Assembly (NCBI GenBank): GCA_964651815.1
Contig: CAZYWG010000009.1
Coordinates: 601-64,600 of the forward strand
Direction of reading: 5' to 3'
DNA: 64,000 bases
Source of the DNA: an uncultured Gammaproteobacteria bacterium
GTDB taxonomy: Bacteria; Patescibacteriota; Microgenomatia; Levybacterales; GWA1-39-11
Below are positions 38,922 through 48,675 of the stretch, one piece after another (position 1 is the first letter of the stretch; each line of letters starts with the position of its first letter). Below the pieces are notes generated by a model. It was given only the letters and a program-made list of their open reading frames with translations. It was not told the origin of the DNA and ran no database searches. The position numbers were made by a program, and so were the translations under genes.

Positions 38922-41562
38922 AAGCTAGAGTTGCCTCTCCAGCTTTTACGCTATATACCAGCCGATAATCTCGTTTTATTGGAGAATCGTCAAACCCATC
39001 ACGAATTATGTGATACCAATTAACGACAACATAATCATATTTATTTTTTTTTGACCAGTCAGAGTATTTTAAGTTATTAAATTTAGGAAATGTATGTTCG
39101 GGGGAAAGTGCTAGACCTACCTCTGCTCCCCTTTTTGCGTTTACTTTTAAGTAATACCCAGCCTCTCGTTCTCCCTGACCCCACCATCCAATTTGAAAAA
39201 GGTTGTGCTTATAAACATTCCCAGTCCCTCCAACAAGCTCGTTAAAATAATCTAAGTAATAAGGTTTTATTTGCCAAATTGAAATGAAAAGATATATCGC
39301 AAGAAAAAAACCAAGGGATAACTTTATTAGATTTCCTTTTGACAACTTTTTTGTTATATATTCAAACCCAAGTGCAGCAAGTAGCGCAATCGCCGGGTAT
39401 ATTTCTATAATGTATCTTAGACCGTGCTGTCGCCAAGAGTAGATGGAAAGACTAAACGGGACTAAAAACCATAGAAGAACTAGATAGTAATAAATAGTTT
39501 TCGTCTTAAATGTTTTATACACTCCGGCAAAGAATAAACCTAGTATTAAAACCGGAATTGTAATTAAAAAATAAACTATATAATAATAATCGGGAACCAT
39601 CGTTAAACGACCAAAAAAGATCTCGGGAGGTGAAAGCGTTATTAACCACGGCTTAGGGGAGAATTGGACACTCCAGGTTTTTTGATTAATCTCTTGAATT
39701 TCCTTCAAATGAAAAATTGATTGAGGCCAAATTACCACGAAAGTCAAAATGCTAATTAAAATGATTGCAGTTAATGCTTTCACCCTACTCTTTAAAAAAA
39801 CTTTTTTTACACTTTGTTTAGTTATTCGATATTGCAAGTAAAATATCACGATAAGAAGTGGAAAAAGAAGAATGTCGGTTTGTTTTGCCTGAAGTGCAAT
39901 TCCGGTTAGAATACCCGCAAGAATAACTCTTCTTATAGTAAATTTTTCAACAATCAAGATGTAACTATAAATCGCCAAAGGATAAACCAGAATTTTAAGG
40001 CTCTCCGTTGTGACAAGCTGAGAAAGGCCGATTGATGTAGGAAGCATTGAGAGAATAATTCCGGAAATGACGCCAACTGTTGGTGAAAATATTCTCCAGC
40101 CAATTAGCGCAACCATAACAACCCCCAAGGAAAACATAATTGCCGATAAAATCCTTGCATAAGTTAGATCATAGCGGAAAACAGGATCCCTGTTTTTTGT
40201 AAATTTTTCTATATCGAACCTTCCAGCCAATCCGTATAGGTATTTCACAAGTGGAGGGTGATTATAAGTACTAATAAAATAATTGTTATTAAAATCCCCT
40301 TTTGAAATAAGTTGATCTAGCTTATAACCCGGAGCAAGAAATTCCATCTCATCCCACGTACGTCCTATTTGGTCAATCGTCCACATTCGGAGCGACATAG
40401 AAAAAACAAAAATTATAACTAGGATACCAATTTTCAAAGCATTATTAGAATTAACTTTTGGAGTTTTTAAATTCAAAGCATTCACAAGGATAGATTCGAT
40501 TCTATTTACTGACATATCCCAAGCCCAATTCAAAACAACATGTTTTCTTGCTTCACTTCCTATCTTCGTTCTCAACTTATTATTAGAAAGAAGTTGAGCT
40601 ATTTTTCCAACCAAAATCTCTGCATTATTATCTATTAATAAACCGGTCTTGCCATCTATAACAGTTTCCTTATACCCTCCTTCGTTAAGCGCTATAACAG
40701 GCACACCACATGCTGCAGCCTCGAGCGGTATTAGTCCGAACGGTTCATCTCTCGATAGTGCAATTACTATTTTTGACCTTTGATACAAATTTCTTAACTT
40801 TTCATCTGATGTCCAATTACTACCCGTAAAGTGAAAATTTACTTTTATTTTCTTTTTTGTTAAATCTATTGCATTTCTCAACAAATCATATCCATCAAAA
40901 TTATCTTTTGACCCAATATACAAAACGTCGATGTCTTTTTTTGTGTTAGTTGGTAGGAAAAAATCAGTCTCGACTCCCAAATATGCTACCCTGCTCTCCA
41001 GTCCATAAGCTTTTTTTATGTTTTTTTGTGTAAAGAGAGAATTTGCCAATATCAGGTTAGTCGAGAAAATATTTTTTTTGTCGATAACTTTTCTAATATA
41101 TCGGGCCCCCTTCCCGTATATTTGCTTTAGTATCGGCAGGTTTTCATTTAATTTTAGCTTTGGTTCATAAACCATTCTTAGTATTTCTTCACAATAATAA
41201 ATTGTCATTGTTTTTAAATGCCTAAGAATAAATGGCGCCTGAGTATATTTTGATGGGTGAATAAAAATAATGTCATAGTTTTTGTTGTCGATCTCATATG
41301 CAATTTTCCTGTGAAGTCTGTAAAGCTGGTAAAGTTCCACTGTATCTTTATATAATCTTGTTTTCCAATTTCCACCACTCCATTCTTTGGGATTAAAGTG
41401 ATATTTGAAAACGTTGCTGAAAAAAATACGTTCCGAACTTTCATCTTTTTCATCAACTATATATAAATCAACAAGATTATTTTTTTTAAGTCTTTTTGCA
41501 ATCTCATTTACAGCTCGCCTAGCCCCCCCATTATGTAGCTCGTGGAAAATAGCAATTTTCAT
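38902..41562 (-). CDS. Fusion protein: N-terminal GT4 (GT-B) domain plus C-terminal GT-C (PMT family) membrane domain
   Basis: The GT4 part has EPFGLIPLEAAACGVPVIALNEGGYKETV (E-x7-E). The membrane part has RTWDEMEFLAPGYKL...YFISTYNHPPLVKYLYGLAG, closely matching the PMT/GT39 DE...HPPL.K motif. Confidence 0.7.
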   Translation of the reverse strand: MKIAIFHELHNGGARRAVNEIAKRLKKNNLVDLYIVDEKDESSERIFFSNVFKYHFNPKEWSGGNWKTRLYKDTVELYQLYRLHRKIAYEIDNKNYDIIFIHPSKYTQAPFILRHLKTMTIYYCEEILRMVYEPKLKLNENLPILKQIYGKGARYIRKVIDKKNIFSTNLILANSLFTQKNIKKAYGLESRVAYLGVETDFFLPTNTKKDIDVLYIGSKDNFDGYDLLRNAIDLTKKKIKVNFHFTGSNWTSDEKLRNLYQRSKIVIALSRDEPFGLIPLEAAACGVPVIALNEGGYKETVIDGKTGLLIDNNAEILVGKIAQLLSNNKLRTKIGSEARKHVVLNWAWDMSVNRIESILVNALNLKTPKVNSNNALKIGILVIIFVFSMSLRMWTIDQIGRTWDEMEFLAPGYKLDQLISKGDFNNNYFISTYNHPPLVKYLYGLAGRFDIEKFTKNRDPVFRYDLTYARILSAIMFSLGVVMVALIGWRIFSPTVGVISGIILSMLPTSIGLSQLVTTESLKILVYPLAIYSYILIVEKFTIRRVILAGILTGIALQAKQTDILLFPLLIVIFYLQYRITKQSVKKVFLKSRVKALTAIILISILTFVVIWPQSIFHLKEIQEINQKTWSVQFSPKPWLITLSPPEIFFGRLTMVPDYYYIVYFLITIPVLILGLFFAGVYKTFKTKTIYYYLVLLWFLVPFSLSIYSWRQHGLRYIIEIYPAIALLAALGFEYITKKLSKGNLIKLSLGFFLAIYLFISIWQIKPYYLDYFNELVGGTGNVYKHNLFQIGWWGQGEREAGYYLKVNAKRGAEVGLALSPEHTFPKFNNLKYSDWSKKNKYDYVVVNWYHIIRDGFDDSPIKRDYRLVYSVKAGEATLAFVYKKK

Positions 41563-41633
41563 TTTTTATATGGCTTTACGCATTATATATAGTTCAGAGT
41601 TATAGCTCAAGGAATATTATAGACCTAAATCAT

Positions 41634-41663
41634 TTGAGCATCTGATATCACATGTAGTATAAT
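41634..41663 (+). promoter_or_regulatory. Candidate promoter of the sugar-tailoring operon
   Basis: TTGAGC (41634-41639), an 18-nt spacer and TATAAT (41658-41663), 14 nt before the ATG at 41678. Confidence 0.4.
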
Positions 41664-41677
41664 CCTCGATATCAATA

Positions 41678-42943
41678 ATGAATTCAAAAGACAACTTTAA
41701 AATGATTGGGGAATACAAATTTTATTCTAATTGCAGATTTTGTAATTCAATACTCACTTCAGTTATTAATCTAGGTTTCTTACCACTCGCCGGAGGGTTT
41801 CTTAAAACTAAAAATCAATTCAACAAGGAAAAACTATATCCACTAGCACTAGGTTTTTGTCAAAATTGTAAACTTCTTCAAACAATGCAAGTTGTTTCTG
41901 CTGATAAGTTGTTTAAAAACTATTTCTATTTCTCATCTAAAATTAACACTCTTACTAAACATTTCAACTATATGGCAAATCATTTTAATGATCTGGGAAA
42001 GCATCCTACAAAAAAAATTGTTGTTGAAATTGGTAGTAATGATGGAGCATTTCTAAAAGCATGTTTAAATCTGGGAATTCAAGCTGTAGGAGTTGACCCT
42101 GCGACTAACGTAGTTAGACCGCTTCTTAAAGAACTTCCTATAATAAACGAGTATTTTACAACAAAAACAGCAAAGACAATTGTGAAGAAATATGGACATG
42201 CAGATATTATATTCAGTTCAAACACGTTAGCACATATTGAGGACATGCATGAAGTTTATAAAGGAATTAATTTTCTTTTAAAAGACGATGGAATGCTTGT
42301 TTTTGAAAATCATTACTTGGGAAATTTAATAAGTCAAATGCAATACGACATGATATATCATGAACATCAATATTACTACTCTTTGAATGCTCTCGTGAAC
42401 TATCTTGCACAATTCAACATGGAAATTTTTGATGTTAAGTTTATTCCAATCCATGCAGGGTCGATAAGTGTATATGTCCAGAAAAAGGGATCCGGACGGA
42501 AAGTAAAAAAAATAGTACTCGATACACTTAAGATCGAAAAAAAAGTAGGTCTTACCTCCATTAAAACTTTTACCAACTACAATAAAAGAATCGCAAAATC
42601 AAAAGTTGAATTAATCAAATTGTTAACGTCGCTCAAAAAAAAGGGTAAAACTATCGCAGGGTATGGCGCATCGGGACGGGGTACAATACTTATGAGTTAT
42701 TGCGGAATCGATAAGACCTTTATCGACTATGTGATAGATGACGCTCCCGCAAAACAAGGCGCATATACTCCAGGGAATCACTTACTTATTAGACCGTCTG
42801 ACGCCCTAAAAGAAAAAAATAGACCGGACTATGTTCTACTCTTTGCTTGGTCTTTTTACAAGGAGATTGAGGAAAAGAATAAAGATTACATAAAAAATGG
42901 AGGGAAGTTTATAATCCCACTTCCTAAAGTTAAAATTGTATAA
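41678..42943 (+). CDS. NDP-hexose C-methyltransferase (TylC3/EvaC-like) with an N-terminal zinc ribbon
   Basis: CRFCNS...CQNCKLLQ zinc ribbon, the SAM fold VVEIGSNDGAF, the IYHEHQYYYSLNAL motif and a C-terminal GYGASGRGTILMSY...VIDDAPAKQG domain. Confidence 0.65.
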   Translation: MNSKDNFKMIGEYKFYSNCRFCNSILTSVINLGFLPLAGGFLKTKNQFNKEKLYPLALGFCQNCKLLQTMQVVSADKLFKNYFYFSSKINTLTKHFNYMANHFNDLGKHPTKKIVVEIGSNDGAFLKACLNLGIQAVGVDPATNVVRPLLKELPIINEYFTTKTAKTIVKKYGHADIIFSSNTLAHIEDMHEVYKGINFLLKDDGMLVFENHYLGNLISQMQYDMIYHEHQYYYSLNALVNYLAQFNMEIFDVKFIPIHAGSISVYVQKKGSGRKVKKIVLDTLKIEKKVGLTSIKTFTNYNKRIAKSKVELIKLLTSLKKKGKTIAGYGASGRGTILMSYCGIDKTFIDYVIDDAPAKQGAYTPGNHLLIRPSDALKEKNRPDYVLLFAWSFYKEIEEKNKDYIKNGGKFIIPLPKVKIV

Positions 42944-43809
42944 TGAAAAAAATTTTCCCCAAAACTTTAGTGCTCGGATCAACAGGAATGGTAGGAAGAA
43001 CCATCTTTGATTATTTGGCTAATAAATACCCTTTAATGATTTTAGGCTCTTCAAGAACTCCCCAAAAAAAATCTAATATATTTTTGTTCGAGACCAAAGA
43101 CACTTTCGAAAGATTAAAACTAAAAACGTTAAAAGTTAAATACATTGTTAATTGCATCGGAATTCTGAATGGGAGCAAGAACCCAGAAGAAATGAAAATT
43201 GTAAATTCAAAATTTCCTCATAAACTTGAGAAATTTTGCAAGCAAAAAAAAATTAAACTTATTCATGTCTCAACAGATGCGGTATTTGATGATAATTCGA
43301 AAATAAACTTTGAAGATTCAACTACTAATCCATCTGATTATTATGGAAAGACAAAGCTTAAAGGTGAAATAAATAAAGGAATAAATATAAGATCCTCATT
43401 TATTGGTTTTGACCCTCTTGAAAAAAAGGGTTTACTTGAACTTGTTCTAAAAAGCAAAGATGAAGAAATAATTGGATTTACTAATCAGATCTGGACAGGA
43501 TGCACCACTTTACAATTTGCTATATTTATTGAAGACCTAATTGGTAAAAACCTTTATGATAAATTTGTCGAAAACACTAATATTATTCACTTTGCACCTC
43601 TTGGTCCCGTCAGTAAGTACAAAATTCTAAAAACATTTTCTGAAATCGTTCGACGAGGAAAATTAACAAAAGGGAAAGGAGTAAAAAGAACCAGAATTTT
43701 AAAAAGCAAAATAATTGAAGAAAAACTGCTTAAACGTTATAATAACGATCTTAACAACGCTCTAAATAAGTTAATTAAGTTTTATCCAAATTATGAAATT
43801 AAATATTAA
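42943..43809 (+). CDS. dTDP-4-dehydrorhamnose reductase-like (RmlD family) NDP-sugar 4-ketoreductase
   Basis: LVLGSTGMVGR Rossmann fold, HVSTDAVFDD and NPSDYYGKTKLKGE (a Y-x3-K motif) match RmlD. Confidence 0.65.
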   Translation: MKKIFPKTLVLGSTGMVGRTIFDYLANKYPLMILGSSRTPQKKSNIFLFETKDTFERLKLKTLKVKYIVNCIGILNGSKNPEEMKIVNSKFPHKLEKFCKQKKIKLIHVSTDAVFDDNSKINFEDSTTNPSDYYGKTKLKGEINKGINIRSSFIGFDPLEKKGLLELVLKSKDEEIIGFTNQIWTGCTTLQFAIFIEDLIGKNLYDKFVENTNIIHFAPLGPVSKYKILKTFSEIVRRGKLTKGKGVKRTRILKSKIIEEKLLKRYNNDLNNALNKLIKFYPNYEIKY

Positions 43810-44995
43810 AAAGAAGAAGTTAGTTTTTGTACTTGGAATCAGGCCAGATATAATCCGAGCCGTTTTGATAATGAGATTTCTTGAAAAAGAAAAGGATTTA
43901 GAAGTAATCTTTGTTTGGTCAGGTCAACATTATTCAGATAATTTAAAGGGTATTTTCTTTAGGGAATTTAAAATCAGAAAAGCTGATTATGAACTTGGTT
44001 GCAAAGGTGAAACAGACGTGGAAATCGCAGGAGAACTTATTAAAAAACTTTACGTTTTGCTTGATAGGATTAAGCCTGATGCGGTTGCATTCTTAGGGGA
44101 TACAAATACTACAGCCGGGTGTATTGCACCTGCAATGCTTAATATTCCAATTATTCACATTGAGGGGTGCTGGCATTCATACGACTGGCGAATGCCTGAA
44201 GAGAAATATAGAACAATTTCAGATGACCTTGCCGACGTTATATATACTTATGAAGAAGAGTACAAAAAAAGAGGAATTGCGCAAGGACTTAATCCACGGA
44301 ACATAGTTGTTACCAGAAATCCTATTGTTGACATTCTTAATGAGTTTTATTTTAAACAAAAGAAAAGATTAGAGAAAATGGCGGATAAAAAATTCTTTGA
44401 TTCTCGCGGAATTGAAGATGGAAAGTACTACTTAATTACTTGTCACAGGAGAGAAAATGTACATATTGATAAGTCCTTTGATGCAATTTTAAATTTTATC
44501 TCGAAAGCACAACTGCATGTTTACTTTCCAGCCAGCTATAGAACGCAAAAAGTAATAAAAGCCAGAAAATTAAAGTTGCCAAGAAACCTTATTTTGGTTG
44601 ATCCAATAGGCTACGAAGAAATATTAATATTAATGACTCACTCAAAAGGTGTATTCACCGATTCAGGTACAATTATTGAGGAAGCAAGCGTTCTAAACAT
44701 TCCGGCCGTACAAATTAGAAAATCAACAGAACGTCCACAAGTTTATGATGTGGGAGGAGCTGTCAAGTTTGACCCGGACAATCCCAAAAAATATACCCCG
44801 GAAATTGTATATAAAAAACTTGAAAAGATAACGGGAACACACTGGAAACACACTCTTGGGGATGGGAAAGCGTCTGAAAGAATTGCAAAAGATATAATTA
44901 AGCGGTTGCGATCTGGCAATCTACGTGGGCATCTCCCTCAAAACAACCATCTTCCTATACAAAGATCTTTTATGGAGGACGGGATAAAAATTTAA
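43793..44995 (+). CDS. UDP-N-acetylglucosamine 2-epimerase family protein (WecB-like)
   Basis: LGIRPDIIRAVLIMRFL, WSGQHY, KPDAVAFLGDTNTTAGCIAPAMLNIPIIHIEGCWHSYDWRMPEEKYR and DSGTIIEEASVLNIPAV. Confidence 0.7.
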   Translation: MKLNIKKKKLVFVLGIRPDIIRAVLIMRFLEKEKDLEVIFVWSGQHYSDNLKGIFFREFKIRKADYELGCKGETDVEIAGELIKKLYVLLDRIKPDAVAFLGDTNTTAGCIAPAMLNIPIIHIEGCWHSYDWRMPEEKYRTISDDLADVIYTYEEEYKKRGIAQGLNPRNIVVTRNPIVDILNEFYFKQKKRLEKMADKKFFDSRGIEDGKYYLITCHRRENVHIDKSFDAILNFISKAQLHVYFPASYRTQKVIKARKLKLPRNLILVDPIGYEEILILMTHSKGVFTDSGTIIEEASVLNIPAVQIRKSTERPQVYDVGGAVKFDPDNPKKYTPEIVYKKLEKITGTHWKHTLGDGKASERIAKDIIKRLRSGNLRGHLPQNNHLPIQRSFMEDGIKI

Positions 44996-45441
44996 TCCCA
45001 AATATCCCAATATGAGGCGGTGAAGCGAATATCATCATTTTTTGACTCCTCTAAAGTTCTGTCTGAGAAAAAAATCAACTTTGTGTCTTTTGTTAATGAT
45101 TTAAAACCATTAACATATCCCTTCGGAATATAAAGTATCTCGGGTTTATTTGAGGAAATCAAAAACTTATTCACTTTGCTTTTTTTTGACGGATTCTTCC
45201 AATCGTCAATTCGTACTGCGCCTATCTGGGCTTCCCCAGCAATTGCAAAGACAAATTTTGATTCTTTTTTATGGCCATGCCATGCCCTGACAGTACCTAT
45301 TTTATGGTTTGAGACTACGTAAAATCTTTTTATCCCTGGAAATTTAAAATCATTCACAAAACTTACTATACCTCGCGTGTCTGTTGCTGTATCCCCTTTG
45401 ATTAAAACAGGGCGATCTACAAGAGATTTAAGAATTTTCAT
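44992..45441 (-). CDS. Cupin-fold NDP-sugar isomerase/epimerase (FdtA/WxcM-C or RmlC-like)
   Basis: DTRGIVSFVNDFKFPGIKRFYVVSNHKIGTVRAWHGHKKESKFVFAIAGEAQIG...YIPKGYVNGF has the cupin His/His-Lys pattern of 3,4-ketoisomerases and 3,5-epimerases. Confidence 0.5.
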   Translation of the reverse strand: MKILKSLVDRPVLIKGDTATDTRGIVSFVNDFKFPGIKRFYVVSNHKIGTVRAWHGHKKESKFVFAIAGEAQIGAVRIDDWKNPSKKSKVNKFLISSNKPEILYIPKGYVNGFKSLTKDTKLIFFSDRTLEESKNDDIRFTASYWDIWD

Positions 45442-45446
45442 TTGGA

Positions 45447-46394
45447 TTAAACCTTTATTAAGTGTGTGTTAAATTTAGTCAAAAATGATTGATTTCCATA
45501 ACGTTCATTATTTACATCCTTTATTCTATTTTCTTCGAGCAAACTTTTCAGTTCGTCAATTCCTTGATCTATAGTATATTTTGATTTAAACCCAAGTATT
45601 TTTGTAGCCTTTCCGTTTTTCACTTGATAATTTCTTGCGTCTTCAAACTTCATCTCCTCTGTCACTATTTTGACTTTAGGGAAGTGATCTTTTACTTTCT
45701 TTGACAAATCAAACATGCTGATGTTCTCGCGATTTATGTTGAAAATTCCATTATGAGGTGTATTCACGTTTTCAAAAATTGCATTTGCCGCATCCGTGAC
45801 ATGGAGAAGAGGTCTATATTGTTTTCCTCCAAAAACCCTCAGCAATCCGTCTTTATAAGCTCTAACGGTCATAATATTTACTACAAGGTCGAGCCGTATG
45901 CGTGAAAATTGATCTCCAACACCAAACAATGTACCCAAGCGAAATATAAGCGCATTTTTATTTTTTAAATGCTGCTCTGCTTTAAGCTTTGATGATGCGT
46001 AGACTGAAAGAGGGTTTGTTGTTGATTTTTCATCCAAAAGTAAATCATGAGCACCATATACAGAACACGTTGATGTAAAAATTATTTTCCCATCAAAGTT
46101 ATTTGATAGCCATAAAACACTTTTTTCATTTACGTCAACTGCCACGTCAGGATTGAGCGCACATGCCCCATCCCCTACTAAAGCAGCCAACCACACTACC
46201 ACATCTGCCCACTTTAGTAATTTTTTTAGCTTTGCATGGTCACGGATATCTCCATATATAAAATCTACATCTTTTCTATAACTTTCTTCGTAAAGAAGCG
46301 AATCATAAACTTTTACTGAGTGTTTTGAATTCTTAAGAATATCAGTTAAAGCACCTCCTATATATCCCGCACCACCTGTAATTAATATTTTCAT
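45447..46394 (-). CDS. NAD-dependent nucleotide-sugar epimerase/dehydratase (extended SDR)
   Basis: MKILITGGAGYIGGAL Rossmann motif and the catalytic YASSK (Y-x3-K). Confidence 0.8.
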   Translation of the reverse strand: MKILITGGAGYIGGALTDILKNSKHSVKVYDSLLYEESYRKDVDFIYGDIRDHAKLKKLLKWADVVVWLAALVGDGACALNPDVAVDVNEKSVLWLSNNFDGKIIFTSTCSVYGAHDLLLDEKSTTNPLSVYASSKLKAEQHLKNKNALIFRLGTLFGVGDQFSRIRLDLVVNIMTVRAYKDGLLRVFGGKQYRPLLHVTDAANAIFENVNTPHNGIFNINRENISMFDLSKKVKDHFPKVKIVTEEMKFEDARNYQVKNGKATKILGFKSKYTIDQGIDELKSLLEENRIKDVNNERYGNQSFLTKFNTHLIKV

Positions 46395-46450
46395 AAGTTA
46401 TAATTTTGTACCATATTATAAACAATTATCCTCACGAAGACCAGAAAGTT

Positions 46451-47350
46451 TTATGAAGTGCCAATTTTTTGAAAAGATTTAACATGAAACTTTAGAAACT
46501 CACCTAGGTATGGAATTGGAGAATAATAAAGACAAATGAGTGAGATGATGATTTTTGTGAATAAATTATTTCCACGGGCTATTCTTGCCGCTTCACAAGC
46601 TTTTTTGTAGGCTTCTGACTTAAATTGTTTCAACTCGTGAGGAAATTTTGGATCTTCAAAAATTTTGTTTATCACCTTAATGTGATCCATAGCAGCCCTA
46701 AAACTTCTTCCGGCAATAGTTGCTTGACCCGGGTGCACACGGGATGTTGCTAAATATTTTGGAATTCTCGCAAAATCTCCCAACAAACCTGCCCTCAGCC
46801 AAAAATCATAATCGCTTACATATTTATAATTAACATCACGTCCTTTGAGTTTTTTAAGAATCTCTTTCTTAAAAAAAGCGCTCGCTCCAAGTGGGCAATT
46901 ATGAGATCTGATCATATATTCATAACTAAAGTCCCGAGTTTTAACTCTCTTCATTTCTTTTCCATTTTTGTCAGTAAAGATCCAATCTGAGTAAGCAACA
47001 ATAATCTCAGGATTATATTGCATAAACTTTACAAATTCTCTGATTGCGCCCGGCAACAATGGATCATCCGAATTAACTATACCAATTATGTCCCCATGCG
47101 CCATTTTTAAACCCTTATTTACTGTCCTCACTTCTCCTACATTTTTATGTGACTCGAATGTTATTCTATCTTTATACTTTTCAATTACCTCCTTCGTATT
47201 ATCTGTTGATCCGTCATCAAGCACTATATATTCAATATTTGGATAGTCTTGGTTTAATACGCTTAGTATAGATTCTTCCAGAAAATCTGCGCGGTTATAT
47301 GCAGGAGTTATGACAGTAACAAGTAGATTCTTTCTATCACTTTGTTTCAT
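46451..47350 (-). CDS. Glycosyltransferase family 2
   Basis: LLVTVITPAYNRADFLEESILSVLNQDYPNIEYIVLDDGSTDNT and NSDD (DxD). Confidence 0.8.
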   Translation of the reverse strand: MKQSDRKNLLVTVITPAYNRADFLEESILSVLNQDYPNIEYIVLDDGSTDNTKEVIEKYKDRITFESHKNVGEVRTVNKGLKMAHGDIIGIVNSDDPLLPGAIREFVKFMQYNPEIIVAYSDWIFTDKNGKEMKRVKTRDFSYEYMIRSHNCPLGASAFFKKEILKKLKGRDVNYKYVSDYDFWLRAGLLGDFARIPKYLATSRVHPGQATIAGRSFRAAMDHIKVINKIFEDPKFPHELKQFKSEAYKKACEAARIARGNNLFTKIIISLICLYYSPIPYLGEFLKFHVKSFQKIGTS

Positions 47351-48573
47351 GAGTTTTTAGATAGCGACTTGAATAAAAAATAAAGTTGAAAAGGAAACAT
47401 TATTAGGGAACTTATAAGGACGGCATACGCACCCCCCGCCAACCCTAATATCTTTATTAAAGGAATAATTATCGCGATCATTACAAAAAAACTAATTGCA
47501 GAGATTATAGTTAAATATTTTTGTTTCCCAACTGAATAGAATATAGCGCCGGTTGGGCTCCCTAACATATTTATAAAAGCAAAAATTGCAAGAATCCTAA
47601 GAATACTACCTACCGAGACCCATTTTGGGCCAAGAACTATTGAAATAAGCTGAGTCGGGAAAAGTAAAAAAATTAAAAGAAGAGGTGAAATCAAAAGTGC
47701 AGTAATAATACTTGTCTTGATATACGCCCTTTTTAGTCTTTGTTTATCGTCAGAAATTTTTACATAAACCGGAAATGTTACTCTCGCAACTATTTCAGAA
47801 AATTCGGTTAAAGGAAGTATGGCAATCGTGTAAGCCATATCATAAATTCCAAGTGAGGCAACACCAAGAATCTTACCAACTACCATATTATCTGCATTTT
47901 GAAATAGATACCCAAAAATACCCGCTCCTGTAACCCACTTTCCGTGCGTAACAATTTCATAAAAAATCGATTTGTCGAATTTGATTGAAGGAACCGGCTT
48001 AACAAATAAGAAAGATATTGCAACTTCAAAAAGTGCCCCTGCAATAAGCCCATAAATTAAGGCAATTGGGTCGCGAATCAAAATAATCAAAGCAACCGCG
48101 ACTAGTGACTCTACAAAAAAAATACTAGACCTGTAATAGAACTCTTTATGAAATTTAAGGTCCTTTTGGAATGCTGCAATTGATGGATTGATAAAACCTC
48201 TGATTAAAGGTACTAATGAAACTAAAAACAAAAGTGGAAGAACTTGCTGATTTTTAAAAAAACCGGCAACCAAAAAAGATGAGACAAATATTGCTGCAGA
48301 AATTAACCCACCGCGGAGTATTGAAACTACCCAAGCCGTATCAACGTATTTATCTATTATGTCTTTTTTCTGTACCAAAAAAACATTTATCCCAGTTTCA
48401 GTCAATACCTCAATTAGAGCGAGAATAAATATGGCGATTCCATAAACCCCAAACTGGTAGGGCGACAAAATTCTTGCGATGATTATCGTTCTTAAAAAAG
48501 AAAGAGACCGAGTAAATAATCTAAAAGCCCCGAGCCAAGAGAGACCTTTTATTGTTTCTTTGGTATATCCCAT
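47347..48573 (-). CDS. Wzx-like oligosaccharide flippase (polysaccharide biosynthesis protein family)
   Basis: A 12-TM protein with the N-terminus GLSWLGAFRLFTRSLSFLRTIIIARILSPYQFGVYGIA, typical of MOP/Wzx flippases. Confidence 0.65.
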   Translation of the reverse strand: MGYTKETIKGLSWLGAFRLFTRSLSFLRTIIIARILSPYQFGVYGIAIFILALIEVLTETGINVFLVQKKDIIDKYVDTAWVVSILRGGLISAAIFVSSFLVAGFFKNQQVLPLLFLVSLVPLIRGFINPSIAAFQKDLKFHKEFYYRSSIFFVESLVAVALIILIRDPIALIYGLIAGALFEVAISFLFVKPVPSIKFDKSIFYEIVTHGKWVTGAGIFGYLFQNADNMVVGKILGVASLGIYDMAYTIAILPLTEFSEIVARVTFPVYVKISDDKQRLKRAYIKTSIITALLISPLLLIFLLFPTQLISIVLGPKWVSVGSILRILAIFAFINMLGSPTGAIFYSVGKQKYLTIISAISFFVMIAIIIPLIKILGLAGGAYAVLISSLIMFPFQLYFLFKSLSKNS

Positions 48574-48675
48574 GTGTTTCTTTTCAGGTTTTAGTATATC
48601 ATGGCCAGTCTAGAGTGTTTTGGAAAGGTAAAGCATGATCATCTTGTTTTTTTATAAATTGCTGATATATAATCT

